From an uncultured virus (IMG/VR IMGVR_UViG_3300042860_003997) (lineage: Duplodnaviria; Heunggongvirae; Uroviricota; Caudoviricetes): a stretch of DNA of 64,000 bases. The position numbers and the translations under genes were made by a program. Shown here in pieces: positions 61,063-64,000 of this stretch. The stretch is taken from IMG/VR virus record IMGVR_UViG_3300042860_003997; one strand, given 5' to 3'. How positions within the stretch are numbered: position 1 is the stretch's first letter; every line of letters begins with the position of its first letter. Under the pieces are notes generated by a model. The model was given only the letters and a program-made list of their open reading frames with translations. It was not told the DNA's origin and searched no databases.

Positions 61063-61671
61063 TTATAACATGGATGGGGTTGGAGTCACAGTAGGAGTGG
61101 GAGTAAGTGTAGGAGTCATAGAAACAGTTGGTGTGACAGTAACAGGAACAGAATTATTTACTCCAATTTTTTTCCACATACAAAATAAATAACTATTATC
61201 TCCCAATCCAGCGGGGTTGGGTTCTCCATATAATTGAAAAATAGGATTAGCCCCAACAGAATTATAAATTACTGTCATATCCTTGCACTGTCTTATCTGT
61301 GCTAAATAATCTTTATGACAAATAGTTTGAATATATCCATTAGGATTATCAATCTGAGGGGGCGGATTTATCCATTTTTTATAATCCCAAATAACAGCTA
61401 AATATCCTGTTGAAGTATGGACAACGCCATAAGAACCAAGTCCGTTGCAATATGGACATATCTTTCCAAGAGTAAAAGGAATAGGACCACCATTTTTATA
61501 TTTACCAGACGATTTTTTTAAACTAACATCGTATATACAATTAGGACAAATGTTTGTATTAGTAGTACCAAAATTAAAATCACATCTTGTTGTTAGTCCA
61601 GTATTAGCCAATAATAAATCTATATGAGCATTATATATATTTTGTAAATTAGGAAAATTTATATTAGTCAT
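61063..61671 (-). CDS. Putative head-closure protein with CxxC pairs and a Thr-Pro tail
   Basis: CPNC...CPYCNG.G; C-terminal VTVTPTVSMTPTLTPTPTVTPTPS. Confidence 0.55.
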   Translation of the reverse strand: MTNINFPNLQNIYNAHIDLLLANTGLTTRCDFNFGTTNTNICPNCIYDVSLKKSSGKYKNGGPIPFTLGKICPYCNGLGSYGVVHTSTGYLAVIWDYKKWINPPPQIDNPNGYIQTICHKDYLAQIRQCKDMTVIYNSVGANPIFQLYGEPNPAGLGDNSYLFCMWKKIGVNNSVPVTVTPTVSMTPTLTPTPTVTPTPSML

Positions 61672-61679
61672 AATAATTT

Positions 61680-62204
61680 CTATGAATAAAAGTCATTATT
61701 TCCCACATTGCGAAATGGACCAACATTAAGATATCTTGGATCAAATTTATTACTCACAAATGGAGACAATACTGCGGCCCAAGCAGTAGCCTCTTTGATA
61801 TCCCAGTAACTAGTTATTTGCTCATACAAAGCACAAGGGCCTTTATCTATAATAGACTGCCATCCTGTTAAAGATCCACCAAAACTTAAATTAGCTGATC
61901 CTAATGCTGTTCTGATGCCCTCTAAGGCTGCTTTGGTTCTTAAATTGCTTTGATCTATAATACATGCAGCTTTTAAACATGCTAAACTAGTAAAGACGTT
62001 ATCATTATTGCTTGTTGGATCCGGAGTAATTTCTTTATTTACGATATCTATCGTATAGACATAGTTTAAATCCACATCAATTTGTAGATATTTACCAGCT
62101 ACTACTAAAATTTGCTCTAATCTATCATCACTAAATTCATATGGAGTATCTAAATCATTAATTAAAACTCTTGTAGTAATTATCATTTCATCTTGCCATG
62201 CCAT
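61680..62204 (-). CDS. Putative head-tail adaptor
   Basis: First gene after the capsid; RVLIND...FSDDRL pattern typical of adaptors. Confidence 0.6.
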   Translation of the reverse strand: MAWQDEMIITTRVLINDLDTPYEFSDDRLEQILVVAGKYLQIDVDLNYVYTIDIVNKEITPDPTSNNDNVFTSLACLKAACIIDQSNLRTKAALEGIRTALGSANLSFGGSLTGWQSIIDKGPCALYEQITSYWDIKEATAWAAVLSPFVSNKFDPRYLNVGPFRNVGNNDFYS

Positions 62205-62255
62205 ATTACTATCCTTCTAAAAAGAAAAAACTAGATCATATAGTATAATACACCT

Positions 62256-62287
62256 AAAAAAAAAGGCCGGCACAAGGCCAGCCTTTT
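62256..62287 (-). terminator. Rho-independent terminator after the major capsid gene
   Basis: Minus strand AAAAGGCTGGC-CTTGT-GCCGGCC-T9. Confidence 0.85.
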
Positions 62288-62312
62288 CTTTAGTCATACT
62301 AAGACATTAATC

Positions 62313-63329
62313 TTAGAGAGCACCAAGGAGAACTCTACGATTGTCTAGAACAGCAAAACCTTGCTCGGCCCAGCCGTAGAAGCCTGCTCTCTTCTGACGA
62401 TGTAGTGTATCGTCTTCGAAGATTTGAACTTCTTGGCGAACTGGCATTATAAAGCTGTCTCTCTTACGTAGATCAAGACCAACAACAAGTTCAACCTTCT
62501 GGAAAGTTTCATCGCCGGGTAGTGAACCGCCGAGGATGTTTTCATAGAATAGTTGATATTGCTGACCTTCACCTAGCTCATCACGATCATGAAGATTAAT
62601 ACCAAATACACGGTTAAGAGTACCGTCGGCTGCTGTGTAGATTTCACGACGAGTTACTTCGTCGATCTGATCTAGACCCCAGTTACGGATATCTTCCATA
62701 GCTTCTGGACTAACATAAAGATCTGTGAGCATACCACGGTTGTTACTGGCAGAGTTACCGCCACCGTTTCTACGCATTACAGTCTTCATGAGACTTACTA
62801 ATCTCTTGCTGAATTGACCATCATTAGCATCGGTATCATATACTACGATGTTGCGATCAACACCAGCAGCAAGAAGTGTATGCCAACCATCGTCATTCAT
62901 CTTCTTAACAAATTGAGCTTCGAGAACTTCCATAGCACGACCAACAACGTCCCAGCGGGCGTCACGGGCATACTTTAGAAGATAGTCGATACTAGCGCCA
63001 ATGTCATAGGTTGGAACCATGACATAATCGCCCTCAACATGCTTCTGTGGAATATAACCATGATTTGGGATGGTATAAGCCACGAAGTCTTTTTCAGTAC
63101 CAGGAGCAAGGAAATCTAATGGGAATTCTGGAGTGGCACTTTGAGCAAGTTGGATTGGCTCGAAAATGTCATCTAGGATATTACCACTAAGAACGCCTTG
63201 ACGTAGAGGAAGTTCTAGAGCCTTAGCAAATTCATGATTTGCAGCAAGAGCTTCTTCTTTGTGAGCAGAACCAGACTTAACAAGAAGATCTGTTAATTCT
63301 GATGTTGGTTCAAATTTTCTATTGGCCAT
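62313..63329 (-). CDS. Major capsid protein (HK97-like fold)
   Basis: About 338 aa; GGGAG SD before MANRKF; follows scaffold and decoration genes and precedes a terminator; C-terminal GFYGWAEQGFAVLD. Confidence 0.8.
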   Translation of the reverse strand: MANRKFEPTSELTDLLVKSGSAHKEEALAANHEFAKALELPLRQGVLSGNILDDIFEPIQLAQSATPEFPLDFLAPGTEKDFVAYTIPNHGYIPQKHVEGDYVMVPTYDIGASIDYLLKYARDARWDVVGRAMEVLEAQFVKKMNDDGWHTLLAAGVDRNIVVYDTDANDGQFSKRLVSLMKTVMRRNGGGNSASNNRGMLTDLYVSPEAMEDIRNWGLDQIDEVTRREIYTAADGTLNRVFGINLHDRDELGEGQQYQLFYENILGGSLPGDETFQKVELVVGLDLRKRDSFIMPVRQEVQIFEDDTLHRQKRAGFYGWAEQGFAVLDNRRVLLGAL

Positions 63330-63343
63330 GTTTTTCTCCCTTA

Positions 63344-63802
63344 TCAAGTTATATTAATGTCTACTTTGATGTAACCATCGGCATCTAGAACACTTAGGAA
63401 ACGACCAACCTTAACACTGTTTGTGCTAACATTGGTTAGTTTACCATTTGCACCATAATAAGCATCTTGCCCTATTGTTGGTGCTACGCCAGAAACAACC
63501 ATATTTGTTGTTACTTGACCTTGGCGTAATAGTGTTACTTTACTACCTGTTTGAACTTCATCACGATGCCAGTTAATGTGTTGTCTTGTTAGATCAAGAC
63601 TAACAACATCGTTTAGCAATAGGCCAGCTGGTTTGGTACCAGACTGTGAGGCAGAAACTGTTACTACGGCGAGTGAATCGTCCATAGCAACGCCGCTACC
63701 ACCAGTGCTGTGTACAACAACAACACCACGCTCTGCTGATGCATCATTGCAGAAGAATGAAATATCTGTGTAAGCTTCAACGCGATCTGATTTTAAAGCC
63801 AT
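63344..63802 (-). CDS. Putative capsid decoration/cement protein
   Basis: 152 aa directly upstream of the MCP; PAGLLLNDV, G.V.T, AY....GKLT patterns. Confidence 0.6.
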   Translation of the reverse strand: MALKSDRVEAYTDISFFCNDASAERGVVVVHSTGGSGVAMDDSLAVVTVSASQSGTKPAGLLLNDVVSLDLTRQHINWHRDEVQTGSKVTLLRQGQVTTNMVVSGVAPTIGQDAYYGANGKLTNVSTNSVKVGRFLSVLDADGYIKVDINIT

Positions 63803-63804
63803 TG

Positions 63805-63999
63805 TTACTCTCCCTTATTAAGTTTTTTACCTAGTCTGATACAAACAAAGTCAACTAAGGCAGCTCTAGTGTTCTGCATTTCTGATTCTGTTTCGCTACC
63901 AACACTTAGATCAATTTCTTGATCATTTGTCTCAACATTTTCTAAAGCTAGCGAAACATCTTCGCTTTTGACTGTTGTTTCTTCTGCTTTAGTTTCTTC
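63805..63999 (-). CDS. C-terminus of an acidic protein, probably scaffold/prohead protease (truncated by window)
   Basis: Open frame EETKAEETTVKSEDV...RAALVDFVCIRLGKKLNKGE* running off the window edge. Confidence 0.55.
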   Translation of the reverse strand, partial: EETKAEETTVKSEDVSLALENVETNDQEIDLSVGSETESEMQNTRAALVDFVCIRLGKKLNKGE

Positions 64000-64000
64000 T

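Overview
This AT-rich window is a gene-dense part of a large tailed dsDNA phage genome (Caudoviricetes, standard genetic code) with two converging arms that meet at about 34.79 kb. The + strand arm (1-34.8 kb) carries membrane proteins and a papain-like peptidase, nucleotide metabolism (dCMP deaminase, class II RNR, dNMP kinase), PhoH, and a bacterial-type replisome: RecA-like recombinase, DnaB, DnaG, SSB, a DnaQ-like exonuclease and a DnaE split into two genes with no intein. It also has several HNH and Vsr-type endonucleases, a beta-helix protein and a glycosyltransferase cluster. The - strand arm (64-34.8 kb) is the morphogenesis operon: scaffold end, decoration protein, major capsid, neck, tail tube, chaperones, a 3827-aa tape measure protein, tail-tip proteins, a mucin-like protein and a glycosyltransferase. 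Three candidates stand out. (1) The tape measure protein contains an array of about five unrelated cargo domains (GNAT-like, nuclease-like) separated by repeated F/Y-x-x-G-G motifs, suggesting an injected, protease-processed effector polyprotein. (2) A possible virion protein O-glycosylation system pairs a GT60-like enzyme and other GTs with Thr/Pro/Ser-rich structural substrates. (3) The intein-less split DnaE. No tRNA, rRNA or CRISPR array was recognised. All calls come from motif reading only; no database searches were run.
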